In this document: positions 1-10,607 of the stretch, piece after piece
Layout: each line of letters begins with the position of its first letter
Numbering within the stretch: the stretch's first letter is position 1
From: Candidatus Eiseniibacteriota bacterium
GTDB taxonomy: Bacteria > Eisenbacteria > RBG-16-71-46 > CAZAMP01
Direction: 5' to 3'
Length of the DNA stretch: 64,000 nucleotides
NCBI GenBank assembly: GCA_965224245.1
Contig: OZ245046.1
Coordinates: forward strand, 4,544,001 to 4,608,000
Translations under genes and position numbers: made by a program
The notes under the pieces: generated by a model
The model's input: the letters and a program-made list of their open reading frames with translations, nothing else
Databases searched by the model: none
What the model was told of the DNA's origin: nothing

Positions 1-2
1 AC

Positions 3-2819
3 GTGACGATGACGTTCGACTACTTCACCGACTCCGAGACCCAGTTCGACTACACCTACGTATACGTGGAGGTCGACGGCGTCCGCAGCACTCCGCTGAA
101 CACGTCGGCCTGGAGCACGCCGGAGGGCTGGGGCTACTCGGGCGCTTACGACGAGGGAACGTCGTCGCACACGCCGGACGACCCGGCCACCGACTCGATC
201 GTCGTCGATGTCGCCGATCTGCCCACCGGTCCCGGCGCGCCGTTCGACGTGATCTTCGAGTTCGACTCCGACGGACTCTACTCCGACGGCCTCGACTACT
301 TCATCGGGTACCTGAACTCGCGGTTCGGCGCGTTCGGCATGGACGACTTCACGATCGCCGGCACCGGGCTCTCCGACACCGACACCTTCGAGACCGACGC
401 CGAGGGATGGTCGTTCGAGCGCGCCGCGCCCGTCGGCACGTTCATGCAGGTGGTCGCGCTGTCCGAGCTGGATCCGATCGAAGACGACTGCGACTGCCCG
501 ATCCTCCTCGACGACGAGAACGAGTACGTGATGCTGGCGTCGGACTGGGATCTGTCGCACGGGCCGTTTCATCATCCCGACCGCCAGCGCGAACGCCTGA
601 CCTCCAGCGCGGCGTACGTCGGTTCCGGCTCCGGGGTGGAGGGCTACGACACGTACTTCGTGGCCTACGACAGCTACGAGGACACCCCGGTCGATCTCGG
701 CGTGGGCTATCGGATCGCCATGGACTACTACCCGTGGACGTGTCCCGAGACCGGCGTCGTCGGCTGGACCCTTCTGTCCGCGGGCGATGGCGGACACACG
801 TTCTCGGGGCTCGGGGGCGCGCGATGCGCCACGTTTCTCGCGGACAACGGCGAGTTCATGCCCGCCGCCGTCGACTCGGTGCGCCTGACGTTCGAGCTCC
901 TCTCGTCCTGCGCCTCGTTCGGCTACGGCGAGACCGAGTGCAATGGCCCCGAGGGCACGAACCAGACGCCGCTCTGGGACGACGTCCGGCTGGGACTCGC
1001 GTACGACGCGCTCGACGCACCGTCCCTGTCGGCGGAGCTCACCTATCAGGACGCGTTTCCGACCGAGAACTCGCTCCTTCCCACCGCCACCGCCGACGTG
1101 CACTCGTACTTCGACACCCGGCGCTCGGACGGCGACGACACCAACGCCGCGCTCGGCGACTCGGCCACCGTGTATGCCGACGACGGCGCCGCGGTGTTCC
1201 TGAACTTCCGAGTGACCCCCGGTCCGGGTCTGGCCGACGCCGCGCTCGACGATCTCCTGATCGCGAACGGCGGCGAGGCGGATGGCCCCGGCGACGCCGT
1301 GGACGACGGGGGCTTCCTCGAAGTGCGCATGACCGAGGTGCCCGGCAGCGCGTCACCCCGTTTCGCGACGTACCGGTACGACGGCGATCCGTACGACGGG
1401 ACCCAGCCGAAGATCCTGCCCGACGGGCTGTTCACGCCCGGGACCACCGTCGAGTACTTCTTCTCCGCACGGGATGCGGCGGCGCCCGTCGACACCCGCG
1501 TGGAGCCCGACACCACCGCCGGCGACGAGGATCCGTCGACGTCGTTCTTCCTCGAATTCGAGGTGCTGCCGAGCATGCGGCAGGTCTCGCTGATCGAAGG
1601 CGGCACGGCCGTCGTCACGTCGTCCGTGCTCTACGTGGACGCCTACGATCACGGCGCGCAGGCGATCATCGAGGGCGAGGGTCTCCGGCCGTTTCTCGGC
1701 ACCGGCGTCGGGATGAACGGGCTCACGTTCGATCGGTGGGATCGCTACGACTACCAGGAGGCCGCGTCCAACGTCGTGGCTCCGATGGCGCGCGAGCTCC
1801 ACGGCGACAACGGCATGACGCGGTTCCAGTCGCTCGTCTACCGGACGATGCTGATCAACACGGGGACGTTCCGGGGCACCGCGCTGCGCGAGCGCGACGC
1901 CGACCTCCTCGCCCACTGGCTGACCTCGCAGCGTCCCGATGACGACGGCTCGACGCGCGGTTTGTGGCTGAGCGGCGACGGGATCGCCCGGATCCTGGGG
2001 GCAGCCGGACGTCCCCATCGGAATGCGCTCCTGGCGATGGCCGGCGCCACGTTCGGTGGCGATCCGTATCGGACGGTGGCGTCTCCCGACGATCCGTCGT
2101 TCTGCGTGCGCCTGGATGCCGCGCCCGGCAGCGTCGTGACGCCGGCCGGCGGCGGCCGGTCGGTGCGCGGCAGCGGGTGTCCGACCGAGCTGGGCTTCAG
2201 CGTCGTGGGGACGACGTCCGGCGGCGCCGGTGATCTCGTCTACGTCGACCAGGATGCCGGCGAAGGCGAGACCGCGTACGCCTCGGTCTCCCGCACGAGC
2301 GAGAGCGATCCGTTCGCGACCGTCGTGGACGGGTTCTCGCTCCACGTGCTCCGCCGGTCGCCCGCGGGCTGGACCGGCGACGGCGATCCCGGCTCGCGAC
2401 CCGGTGATGGCGTGCCGTGCGCCGACTACGCGGTGCTCGATCGGGTTGAGGACGTGTTCGGCTTCTTCGAGGTTCCGACCGACCCGATGGTCGACCCGTC
2501 GGTGTTCGCGATCGCGACGCCGCCGGGCGACGTCCGCCCGCGGACCGCGCTGTACGCGACCGCGCCGAACCCGTTCAATCCCGTGACCACGATCCGCTAC
2601 ACGATCGGCGAGAGCACGCGCGCCCACCTGGCGATCTACGACGTGAGCGGTCGTCTCGTCCGGACCCTGGTCGACGGCATCGCGACGGCTCGGCACTACA
2701 CGGCCCGCTGGGACGGAGCCGACGACTCGGGGGCACCGGCGAGCGCCGGCGTCTACTGGGCGCGCCTGCGGACCGGGACCGGGTTTGTCGGGTCGACGAA
2801 GCTCGTGCTCGTGAAGTAG
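3..2819 (+). CDS. Large acidic secreted protein with C-terminal FlgD-Ig/T9SS-type sorting domain, paralog 1 (5' end lies outside the window)
   Basis: C-terminus PNPFNP..T.IRY...IYDVSGRLVRTL...WDGADDSG...GVYWARL...KLVLVK; aligns by eye with the two downstream paralogs from TMTFDYF onward, so the N-terminus is cut by the window edge. Confidence 0.85.
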   Translation: MTMTFDYFTDSETQFDYTYVYVEVDGVRSTPLNTSAWSTPEGWGYSGAYDEGTSSHTPDDPATDSIVVDVADLPTGPGAPFDVIFEFDSDGLYSDGLDYFIGYLNSRFGAFGMDDFTIAGTGLSDTDTFETDAEGWSFERAAPVGTFMQVVALSELDPIEDDCDCPILLDDENEYVMLASDWDLSHGPFHHPDRQRERLTSSAAYVGSGSGVEGYDTYFVAYDSYEDTPVDLGVGYRIAMDYYPWTCPETGVVGWTLLSAGDGGHTFSGLGGARCATFLADNGEFMPAAVDSVRLTFELLSSCASFGYGETECNGPEGTNQTPLWDDVRLGLAYDALDAPSLSAELTYQDAFPTENSLLPTATADVHSYFDTRRSDGDDTNAALGDSATVYADDGAAVFLNFRVTPGPGLADAALDDLLIANGGEADGPGDAVDDGGFLEVRMTEVPGSASPRFATYRYDGDPYDGTQPKILPDGLFTPGTTVEYFFSARDAAAPVDTRVEPDTTAGDEDPSTSFFLEFEVLPSMRQVSLIEGGTAVVTSSVLYVDAYDHGAQAIIEGEGLRPFLGTGVGMNGLTFDRWDRYDYQEAASNVVAPMARELHGDNGMTRFQSLVYRTMLINTGTFRGTALRERDADLLAHWLTSQRPDDDGSTRGLWLSGDGIARILGAAGRPHRNALLAMAGATFGGDPYRTVASPDDPSFCVRLDAAPGSVVTPAGGGRSVRGSGCPTELGFSVVGTTSGGAGDLVYVDQDAGEGETAYASVSRTSESDPFATVVDGFSLHVLRRSPAGWTGDGDPGSRPGDGVPCADYAVLDRVEDVFGFFEVPTDPMVDPSVFAIATPPGDVRPRTALYATAPNPFNPVTTIRYTIGESTRAHLAIYDVSGRLVRTLVDGIATARHYTARWDGADDSGAPASAGVYWARLRTGTGFVGSTKLVLVK

Positions 2820-2908
2820 CGAGCGACGCGCCAGCCTGTCGCGTGGCGGGCGCGAATGACACGTTCACGCCGCGCCGGCGGCCCGGCGCGGCTCCCGAGG
2901 AGGACGAG

Positions 2909-5900
2909 ATGGCCCGCGAGGCGATCGGGCGCACCCGAGAGAGACGACTCGGCGGACCGCTGGCGTCGCTCGTGCTGTGCGCGATCACCGTCCTGTCCTC
3001 GGCGGCGCGAACGCCCGAGTCCCGCGAGCGGTCCGAGATGGACCTCGACCCCCGGGCCGCACGTTCACGCTTCGACGTGCCCGTCGCGCTTCGAGGTGCG
3101 ACCGCGCGAGTCGCTGCCGACACCGCTCGTCTCGGCGGCCTCGGTCCCGACGGGCTCGCGATCCCCGGCGGGGTCTGGGACTTCGAGGACGGCACGCTCC
3201 AGGGCTGGGGCGCGCGCGACCTGACCGACCGCGCGCAGGTGGATCCCCCCGGCGATCCCGCCATCGGCGGTCCGGGTGCGTCGTACTTCCGGCACATCAC
3301 CGCCGGCGACTTCTCCGGATCGCCGATCGTGCCGTTGATCTCCGGCACCGGCTCGCTGTGGGTGGGCGCGAACGAGGAGGAGGCCGCGTCCGGGTGCTGG
3401 CCCGGCGGCATGGGCTATGACAACCACTGGCTCATGCGCGCCCGGAAGGCCTTCGCGTACGGCGGCTCGGGCACCGTCACGATGACGTTCGACTACTTCT
3501 TCGACTCCGAGACGCAGTTCGACTTCACCTACGTGTATACCGAGGTCGACGGCGTCCGGAGCAGCCCGCTCAACACGTCGATGCATTCGACGCCGGAGGG
3601 CTGGGGCTACTCGGGCTCGGTGGACGAGGGGACCGCTCCGTTCTCACCCGATGCGCCGGCCACCGACACCATCGTCGTCGACACGGTGGACCTGCCCGGC
3701 GGCACGGGCGCTTCGTTCGAGATCGTCTTCGAGTTCGACTCCGATCCGCTCTTCTCCGACGGCGTCGATTCCTTCTCGAGCTTCCTGAACTCGCGGTACG
3801 GCCCGTTCGGACTGGATGACTTCGTGATCGACGGTGTCGCCCTGTCGGATACCGACGACTTCGAGGTGGACGCCGAGGGCTGGAGCTTCGAACGTCGCGA
3901 CCCGATCGGCGCGTTCCAGCAGGTCGTCGCGCTCTCGCTCCTGGATCCGATCGAGGACACCTGTGCCTGCCCCATCACCGGGGATCCCGACGACGACTAC
4001 GTGATGGTGGCCTCGGACTGGGATCTGTCGCACGGCCCGCACCACCATCCCCGGCGGCAGCGGGTGTTCCTGTTCTCGAATCCGGCCTACGTCGGTCCCG
4101 GATCGGGCCTGGAGGGGCACCGCACTCGTCTGGTGGAGTGGGACGTGTGGGAGGACCTCCACCCCTGGGCCGGCGTCGGGTATCGCATCGCGATGGATTA
4201 CTACCCCTGGACGTGTCCGGAGACGGCCCTCGTGCGATGGACCCTCGTGCCCGCCGGCGACGGTGGCTTCGTCTTCACCGGACTCGGAGGCGCGCGCTGT
4301 GTCTCGCACGTCGTGGACAACTCCGAGTGGATCCCCGACGACGTCGACTCGCTCCGGATCGCGTTCGAGCTGATCTCGGACTGCGACGACTTTGCGGGCG
4401 AGTGCTGGGGGGCCGACAGCACCGATCAGTCGCCGTACTGGGACAACCTGAACCTGACCCTCGTCGAGGGACCGCTCGACGCGCCGCCGCTGTCGCTCGA
4501 TCTTCTGTACCAGGACGCGTTCCCGTCCCTGAACTCGCTTCAGCCGTCAGCCACCGCGGACGTGCACTCGTTCCTCGACACGAACCGCCAGGACGGGGAT
4601 CCGACGAACGCCCGGCTGGGCGACTCGGCCACCGTGATCTCGAGCGTGCGCGCGGCCGTGTTCCTCAACTTCCGGGTGACGCCGGGCCCGGCGCTGACCG
4701 ACGGCGCCCTGGACGCGATCCTGGTGGCCAACGGCGGCGTTCCCGACGGCCCCGGCGACGCGATCGACGACGGCGGCTTTCTCGAGGTGCGCATGTGCGA
4801 GCTGCCGGGGCCGGACCACGGCGCGTTCGCGACGTACCTTCACGACGGATCCCCGTACGACGGCTCGCAGCCGAAGATCCTGCCCGACGGCGTGCTGACG
4901 CCGGGAACGACGGTCGAGTACTTCTTCTCCGCGCGCGATGCGATCGCGCCGGTCGACACGCGCGTCGAGCCGGATACGACCGCCGGCGACGACGATCCGG
5001 CGACGTTCTTCTTTCTCGAGCTCGACGTGCTGCCCGGGCTGCGGGACGTCGGCGCACCGGGAGATCCCGTGATCGTGTACGCGTCGGTGCTGTACGTCGA
5101 CGCGTTCAACGCCGGCGCCCAGGAGATCATCGAGACCGAGGGCCTGCGGCCGCGCCTCGGCACGGGTGTCGGATCAGACGGCGTCGTGTTCGACCGGTGG
5201 GATCGATACGACTACCTCGGCGCCGGCTCGAACGTGCCCGCCCCCATGGCACGCGAGCCCGCGGGCGACAACGGCATGACGACGTTCCAGTCGCTCGCCT
5301 ATCGCACGATCCTCTACAACACCGGAAGCCTCGCCCAGGAAGGCCTCCGCGACGGCGACGCGGATCTCCTGATCGACTGGCTCACGCTGACCCGACCGGG
5401 TGACAACGGGTTCACGCGTGGGCTCTGGCTGAGCGGCGACGGCATCGCGTCGATCCTCGATCGAGCGGGACGACCGTCCAGCAACGCGCTCCTGTCGAGC
5501 TACGCGGGCGCGTCGGTGACCGGGCGCCCTTATCGGGACGTCGCCTCCCCGGACGACCCGTCGTTCTGCGCCCGTCTCGACGCGGATCCCGCGAGCACCG
5601 TCAGCGCGCCAGGAAGCTACGCGTCGGTACGCGGGAGCGGCTGCCCGGGCCTCCTGGACTTCAGCGTGCTCGGTGCGGTCGGTCCCGGCGCGGGCGACCT
5701 CGTCTACGTCGATCAGGACGCCGGCGGATCCGAGACGCCCTTCGCGTCGGTGACGAGCGACGTCGAGCCCTACCGTGTCGTGCTCGACGGGTTCTCGGTG
5801 CACGCACTCCGGTACTCGCCGAGCGGCTGGACCGGCGATGGGGATGCGCGCGACGCGCCCGGCGACGGCACACCGTGCGCGGACCACGCCGTCCTCGCCC

Positions 5901-6277
5901 GGCTGTCGGACGTCTTCGACTTCCTCGAGGTGCCGCCCGACCCTCTGATCGAGCCCTGGGAACCCATCGCGACGCCGCCGGCCGGAGCAGCGCCGGGTCG
6001 CACGCGGCTGTACGCGGCGTCACCGAACCCGTTCAACCCGAACACGACGATCCGATACGACGTGGGTGCCCCGACGAACGTTCGGCTGGACGTTCTCGAC
6101 GTCGGCGGACGCCGGGTGCGAACGCTCGTCGACGAGAATCGCGGCGCCGGGCCTCACGTCCACCGATGGGACGGAGCTGATGATGGCGGACGCCCGGTTG
6201 CACCCGGCATGTACTGGGCGTGGCTCCGGACGGGCCGCGGCTACGAGCACGCAACCAAGCTGGTGCTGCTAAAATGA
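2909..6277 (+). CDS. Large acidic secreted protein with FlgD-Ig/T9SS-type C-terminal domain, paralog 2
   Basis: ATG 2909 preceded by GAGGAGG; signal-peptide-like N-terminus (RERRLGGPLASLVLCAITVLSSAA); WDFEDG motif; C-terminal PNPFNP...WDG...KLVLLK. Confidence 0.85.
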   Translation: MAREAIGRTRERRLGGPLASLVLCAITVLSSAARTPESRERSEMDLDPRAARSRFDVPVALRGATARVAADTARLGGLGPDGLAIPGGVWDFEDGTLQGWGARDLTDRAQVDPPGDPAIGGPGASYFRHITAGDFSGSPIVPLISGTGSLWVGANEEEAASGCWPGGMGYDNHWLMRARKAFAYGGSGTVTMTFDYFFDSETQFDFTYVYTEVDGVRSSPLNTSMHSTPEGWGYSGSVDEGTAPFSPDAPATDTIVVDTVDLPGGTGASFEIVFEFDSDPLFSDGVDSFSSFLNSRYGPFGLDDFVIDGVALSDTDDFEVDAEGWSFERRDPIGAFQQVVALSLLDPIEDTCACPITGDPDDDYVMVASDWDLSHGPHHHPRRQRVFLFSNPAYVGPGSGLEGHRTRLVEWDVWEDLHPWAGVGYRIAMDYYPWTCPETALVRWTLVPAGDGGFVFTGLGGARCVSHVVDNSEWIPDDVDSLRIAFELISDCDDFAGECWGADSTDQSPYWDNLNLTLVEGPLDAPPLSLDLLYQDAFPSLNSLQPSATADVHSFLDTNRQDGDPTNARLGDSATVISSVRAAVFLNFRVTPGPALTDGALDAILVANGGVPDGPGDAIDDGGFLEVRMCELPGPDHGAFATYLHDGSPYDGSQPKILPDGVLTPGTTVEYFFSARDAIAPVDTRVEPDTTAGDDDPATFFFLELDVLPGLRDVGAPGDPVIVYASVLYVDAFNAGAQEIIETEGLRPRLGTGVGSDGVVFDRWDRYDYLGAGSNVPAPMAREPAGDNGMTTFQSLAYRTILYNTGSLAQEGLRDGDADLLIDWLTLTRPGDNGFTRGLWLSGDGIASILDRAGRPSSNALLSSYAGASVTGRPYRDVASPDDPSFCARLDADPASTVSAPGSYASVRGSGCPGLLDFSVLGAVGPGAGDLVYVDQDAGGSETPFASVTSDVEPYRVVLDGFSVHALRYSPSGWTGDGDARDAPGDGTPCADHAVLARLSDVFDFLEVPPDPLIEPWEPIATPPAGAAPGRTRLYAASPNPFNPNTTIRYDVGAPTNVRLDVLDVGGRRVRTLVDENRGAGPHVHRWDGADDGGRPVAPGMYWAWLRTGRGYEHATKLVLLK

Positions 6278-6349
6278 CCGCATCGCACCGCCCCTCCCGG
6301 TGCGTTCGGGTCCCGGTGCGCGGCCGCGCCGCGCGGGAGGAGTGGCGAG

Positions 6350-9300
6350 GTGTCTCGAGAACGTACGGTGTTGCTCGCCGGTGTCGGGGTCGCGGTGGCC
6401 GCGCTTCTGGTCCTGGGCGGTCCGAGCACGGCCCGGACACCCGAGCGCGAGGTCCTCGACCGCTCGACGGTGCTCCCCGGCTCAGAGGGGCGTTTCGACA
6501 TTCCGATATCGACGCGCGCGGCGGGCGCGCGCGGCATCGGCCCCGACACGATTCGCTTCGGCGGCATCGGCCCCGACGGTCTGGCGGTTCCGGGCGGCAT
6601 CTGGGATTTCGAGGACGGCACGCTCCAGGGGTGGACGTCCACGGACGTCACCGACATCTCGCAGGCCGACCCCCCGGGCGATCCCGCGATCGGGGGACCG
6701 GGAGCCTCGTACTTCCGCCGCATCACCGCCGCCGACTTCACCGGCTCACCGGTGACACCTCTGATCGATGGAACGGCGTCGCTGTGGGTGGGCGCGAACG
6801 AGGAGGAGGCCGCCGCCGGCTGCTGGCCGGGCGGCATGGGCTACGACAACCAGTGGCTGATGACGGCGACGAAGACGTTCACGTACGGCGGCTCGGGTGA
6901 CGTCACGCTGGCGTTCGACTACTTCACCGACTCCGAGACGCAGTTCGACTACACGTACGTCTACGTCACGGTCGACGGGGTTCGCAGCCTACCGGTGAAC
7001 AGGTCGGCGTGGTCGACTGTGGAGGGGTGGGGCTACTCGGGCGCCGTGCTCGAGGAGACGGCGATCGGGGAGCCGTCGGCCCCGGCGTCCGACACCATCG
7101 TGCTCGACTCCACGTTGCTGCCCGACGCGCTCGGCGATCCCTTCGACATCACGTTCGAGTTCACGTCCGACTATCTGTACTCCGACGGCCTCGACTCCTA
7201 CGCAGGCTTTCTGAACTCGCTCCACGGGCCGTTCGGCCTGGACGACTTCTCGATCGACGGCGTTGCGCTGTCCGACACCGACGACTTCGAGGCCGGCGCG
7301 GAGGACTGGGTGTTCGGCCGCCACCCGGGGTACGGCGCGTTCCAGCAGGTGGTGGCGTTGACGATGCTGGACCCGGTCGCGGATCCTTGCCGCTGCGCGA
7401 TGACCGTCGATCCCGAGAACGACTTCGTCATGGTCAACTCCGACTGGGATCTCTCGCACGGGCCGTTTCATCATCCCGAGGACCAGCGAGAGACCCTGAG
7501 GTCGAACGCAGCCTATGTCGGTCCGGGATCGGGCGCGGAGGATCACGGTGCGTTCCACATCGAGTGGGAGGTCTGGGAGGACACTCCCCACGCCAACGGC
7601 GTGGGCTATCGCGCCGCGATGGATTACTACCCGTGGACGTGCCCGACGACCGGTGCCGTGACGTGGACCCTCGAGCCCGCGGGAGCCGGCGGGTTCATCT
7701 TCTCCGGGCTCGCGGGCCCCCGGTGCGTCCGACACCTCCTCGACAACTCGGCGTTCATGCCCGACGAGGTCGACTCGCTCCGCATCGTGTTCGAGCTGAT
7801 CTCGAAGTGCGACGACTTCGGAATCACCGACTGCACCGGCCCCGAGACCACGAACCAGTCTCCCTACTGGGACGACCTCACGCTGACGCTGGTCGAGGGT
7901 CCCCTCGATGCTCCGCCGCTGGAGCTCGAGCTGCTCTACCAGGACGCCTTCCCGTCGGTCAACTCGCTCCACCCCGCGGCCACCGCCGCCGTCCACTCGT
8001 TCTTCGACACGAACCGGGTCGACGCCGACCCGACGAACGCTCAGCTCGGGGACTCGGCGACGGTGGTCTCCCGGCGGTCGGAGGCGGTGTACCTGAACTT
8101 CCGGATCACGCCCGGGCCGATGCTCGAGGACGACGCCCTGGACGCGATCCTCGTGGCGGTCGGCGGCGTTCCCGACGGGCCCGGCGATGCGGTCGACGAC
8201 GGCGGGTTCCTCGAGGTGCGCATGTGCGAGCTTCCCGGCGCCGACCGGGGGACGTACGCCACGTACCTCTTCGACGGATCGTACTTCGACGGATCCCAGC
8301 CCAAGATCCTGCCCGACGGCGTGCTGACGCCGGGTACCACGGTCGAGTACTTCTTCTCCGCGCGCGACGCGGACTCGCCGGTGGACACCCGCGTGGCGCC
8401 CGATACGACCGCCGGCGACGCCGACCCCGGAACGTCGTTCTTTCTCGAGTTCGACGTGCTACCGGGCCTGCGCCGGATCGCGCCCCCGGGAGAGCCGCTC
8501 ATCTCCTCCACGGTGCTCTACGTGGACGCGTTCAACGCCGGGGCCCAGGAGATCATCGAGCGGGAGGGCCTGAGACCTCGCCTCGGTACCGGCGTGTCCG
8601 CCGATGGCATCGAGTACGATCACTGGGACCGATACGACTACCTCGCCGCGGGGACGAACCTGCCGGCCCCGATGGCGCGCGAGCTGATGGGCGACAACGG
8701 CATGACCCGCTACCAGTCGCTCGCGTATCGGACGATCCTCTACAACACCGGCAGCCTCACCCAGGAGGGACTTCGGAACGGGGATGCCGATCTCCTGAGC
8801 ATCTGGCTCGAGGTCGCGCGCCCGTGCGACGACGGGCTCACCCGGGGGCTCTGGCTGAGCGGGGACGGCATCGCGACCATCCTGGATCGCGCGGGCCGAT
8901 CGTCGGCGAACGCACTGCTGTCGACCGCGGGCGCGTCGGTGGTCGGCGCGCCCTATCGCGAGACGGTCGCGCCGAGGGACTCCTCGGTCTGCGTCCGTCT
9001 GGACGCCGCTCCCGGAAGCGCGATCAGCGGCCCCGTCGCCGCGTCGGTCCGGGGCAACGGCTGCCCGACGGTGCTCAACTTCACGATCCTCGGCACCAGC
9101 GGCACCGGCGTGGGGGACCTCGTCTACGTGGATCAGGACGCCGGCGAGACCGAGACGCCGTTCGCATCGGTCTCGAACGACGTCCACCCGTACCGGATCG
9201 TGATCGATGGATTCTCGCTGCACACGTTGCGCGTCTCGCCGCCGGGCTGGACCGGCGACGGCGATCTCCGCGATGTGCCGGGAGACGGAACCCCGTGCGC

Positions 9301-9700
9301 GGACTACGCGGTGTTCCAGCGTCTCGACGACGTCTTCGAGTTCCTGGAAGTGCCGGGCAATCCGATGGTCATCCCCTGCGAGCCGATCGCGGCGCCGCCG
9401 GTCGAGCCCGGCGCCGGCGAACGGACGCGGCTGCACGCCGCCTCGCCGAACCCGTTCAATCCAGCGGTGACGGTCCGGTACGATCTGGGCGTCACGTCGC
9501 GGGTGCGCGTGGACGTGCTCGGGGTCGACGGTCGCCACGTGCGCGGGCTCGTGAACGAGGTTCAGTCGCCGGGCGCCCACACGCTCCGCTGGGATGGCAC
9601 CGACGACGCGGGACGTGAGGTCGCGGCCGGCGTGTACTGGGCGCGACTGCGAGCCGGAGACGGATACGACCGGACGACGAGGCTGGTGCTGGTGAGGTAG
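6350..9700 (+). CDS. Large acidic secreted protein with FlgD-Ig/T9SS-type C-terminal domain, paralog 3
   Basis: GTG start after GGAGGAG; signal peptide; shares YYPWTCP, PKILPDG, WDRYDY and GLWLSGDGIA blocks with paralogs 1-2; C-terminal PNPFNP...WDG...RLVLVR. Confidence 0.85.
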   Translation: MSRERTVLLAGVGVAVAALLVLGGPSTARTPEREVLDRSTVLPGSEGRFDIPISTRAAGARGIGPDTIRFGGIGPDGLAVPGGIWDFEDGTLQGWTSTDVTDISQADPPGDPAIGGPGASYFRRITAADFTGSPVTPLIDGTASLWVGANEEEAAAGCWPGGMGYDNQWLMTATKTFTYGGSGDVTLAFDYFTDSETQFDYTYVYVTVDGVRSLPVNRSAWSTVEGWGYSGAVLEETAIGEPSAPASDTIVLDSTLLPDALGDPFDITFEFTSDYLYSDGLDSYAGFLNSLHGPFGLDDFSIDGVALSDTDDFEAGAEDWVFGRHPGYGAFQQVVALTMLDPVADPCRCAMTVDPENDFVMVNSDWDLSHGPFHHPEDQRETLRSNAAYVGPGSGAEDHGAFHIEWEVWEDTPHANGVGYRAAMDYYPWTCPTTGAVTWTLEPAGAGGFIFSGLAGPRCVRHLLDNSAFMPDEVDSLRIVFELISKCDDFGITDCTGPETTNQSPYWDDLTLTLVEGPLDAPPLELELLYQDAFPSVNSLHPAATAAVHSFFDTNRVDADPTNAQLGDSATVVSRRSEAVYLNFRITPGPMLEDDALDAILVAVGGVPDGPGDAVDDGGFLEVRMCELPGADRGTYATYLFDGSYFDGSQPKILPDGVLTPGTTVEYFFSARDADSPVDTRVAPDTTAGDADPGTSFFLEFDVLPGLRRIAPPGEPLISSTVLYVDAFNAGAQEIIEREGLRPRLGTGVSADGIEYDHWDRYDYLAAGTNLPAPMARELMGDNGMTRYQSLAYRTILYNTGSLTQEGLRNGDADLLSIWLEVARPCDDGLTRGLWLSGDGIATILDRAGRSSANALLSTAGASVVGAPYRETVAPRDSSVCVRLDAAPGSAISGPVAASVRGNGCPTVLNFTILGTSGTGVGDLVYVDQDAGETETPFASVSNDVHPYRIVIDGFSLHTLRVSPPGWTGDGDLRDVPGDGTPCADYAVFQRLDDVFEFLEVPGNPMVIPCEPIAAPPVEPGAGERTRLHAASPNPFNPAVTVRYDLGVTSRVRVDVLGVDGRHVRGLVNEVQSPGAHTLRWDGTDDAGREVAAGVYWARLRAGDGYDRTTRLVLVR

Positions 9701-9713
9701 GGACCGGCGGCGC

Positions 9714-10607
9714 TCACGCGTCGGGCGCGTCCTTGCGTGCCGGCACACGCACCGCCTCCGCCGCCTCGAAGAGCGACGCCGCGTACGCCGTCTGCGGTCG
9801 GCTCGGCTTGCCACGATGCGTGCTCAGCGTCTCCACGATGCGTCCCTCGTGCATCACGTGAACCCGGCTGGCCAGACGGCTGACCACCGCGATGTCGTGG
9901 CTGATCACCAGCAGCGCGCTCGCTGTGGCCTGGAGCGCCAGGTCCAGCACGGACAGGATCTCCACCTGGAGCGTCACGTCGAGCCCCGCCACCGGCTCGT
10001 CGGCGATCAGGAGATCGGGTGGATGGGCCAGCGCACGGGCCAGCGCGACGCGCCGGATCTCACCGCCCGACAGCTCGTGCGGATACGCATCGAGCCAGCG
10101 CACGTCGCCGTTCACCCACGAGAGCACCTCCCGCACGCGGCCCTCTCGCGCGGTCCGACCCATCGTGTCGTACACCACGAGCGGCTCGGCGATCAGCTCG
10201 CGCACGCGGAACAGCGGGTTCAGGTGCGAGCGAGCGTCCTGGAACACGAAGCGGCACACCTTCCGGAACTCCCGGCGCTCGTCGCGCGACTGGAGCTCGA
10301 GCGCGCGGTCGCGAAAGAACACCCGGCCGCTGGTCGGCCTCGTCAGCCCCAGAAGAAGACGTGCGAGCGTGGACTTGCCCGAGCCGCTCTCGCCCACCAG
10401 CGCCACGCGATCGACGCGGTCGATCGAGATCGACACATCGTCGACCGCCGGTCGCCTCCGGCGGGTGGCGCCGTTCCCGTCCGCGTCCGCGCCGTCGATC
10501 CCCTCCCCGGCGGCGACGCGCCCGCCGCGGGGGCCGGCACGCGCCCGGTCACGGCCGAAGCGGCGCGTCAGGCTCACGCCGCGGACGAGCTCTCGGTGCG
10601 TGCTCAC
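9714..10607 (-). CDS. Oligopeptide/dipeptide ABC transporter ATP-binding subunit (OppF/DppF-like)
   Basis: Walker A GESGSGKS, signature YPHELSGGE, Walker B LLIADEP, H-loop SHD; GTG start overlaps upstream TGA (10604-10607). Confidence 0.9.
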   Translation of the reverse strand: MSTHRELVRGVSLTRRFGRDRARAGPRGGRVAAGEGIDGADADGNGATRRRRPAVDDVSISIDRVDRVALVGESGSGKSTLARLLLGLTRPTSGRVFFRDRALELQSRDERREFRKVCRFVFQDARSHLNPLFRVRELIAEPLVVYDTMGRTAREGRVREVLSWVNGDVRWLDAYPHELSGGEIRRVALARALAHPPDLLIADEPVAGLDVTLQVEILSVLDLALQATASALLVISHDIAVVSRLASRVHVMHEGRIVETLSTHRGKPSRPQTAYAASLFEAAEAVRVPARKDAPDA

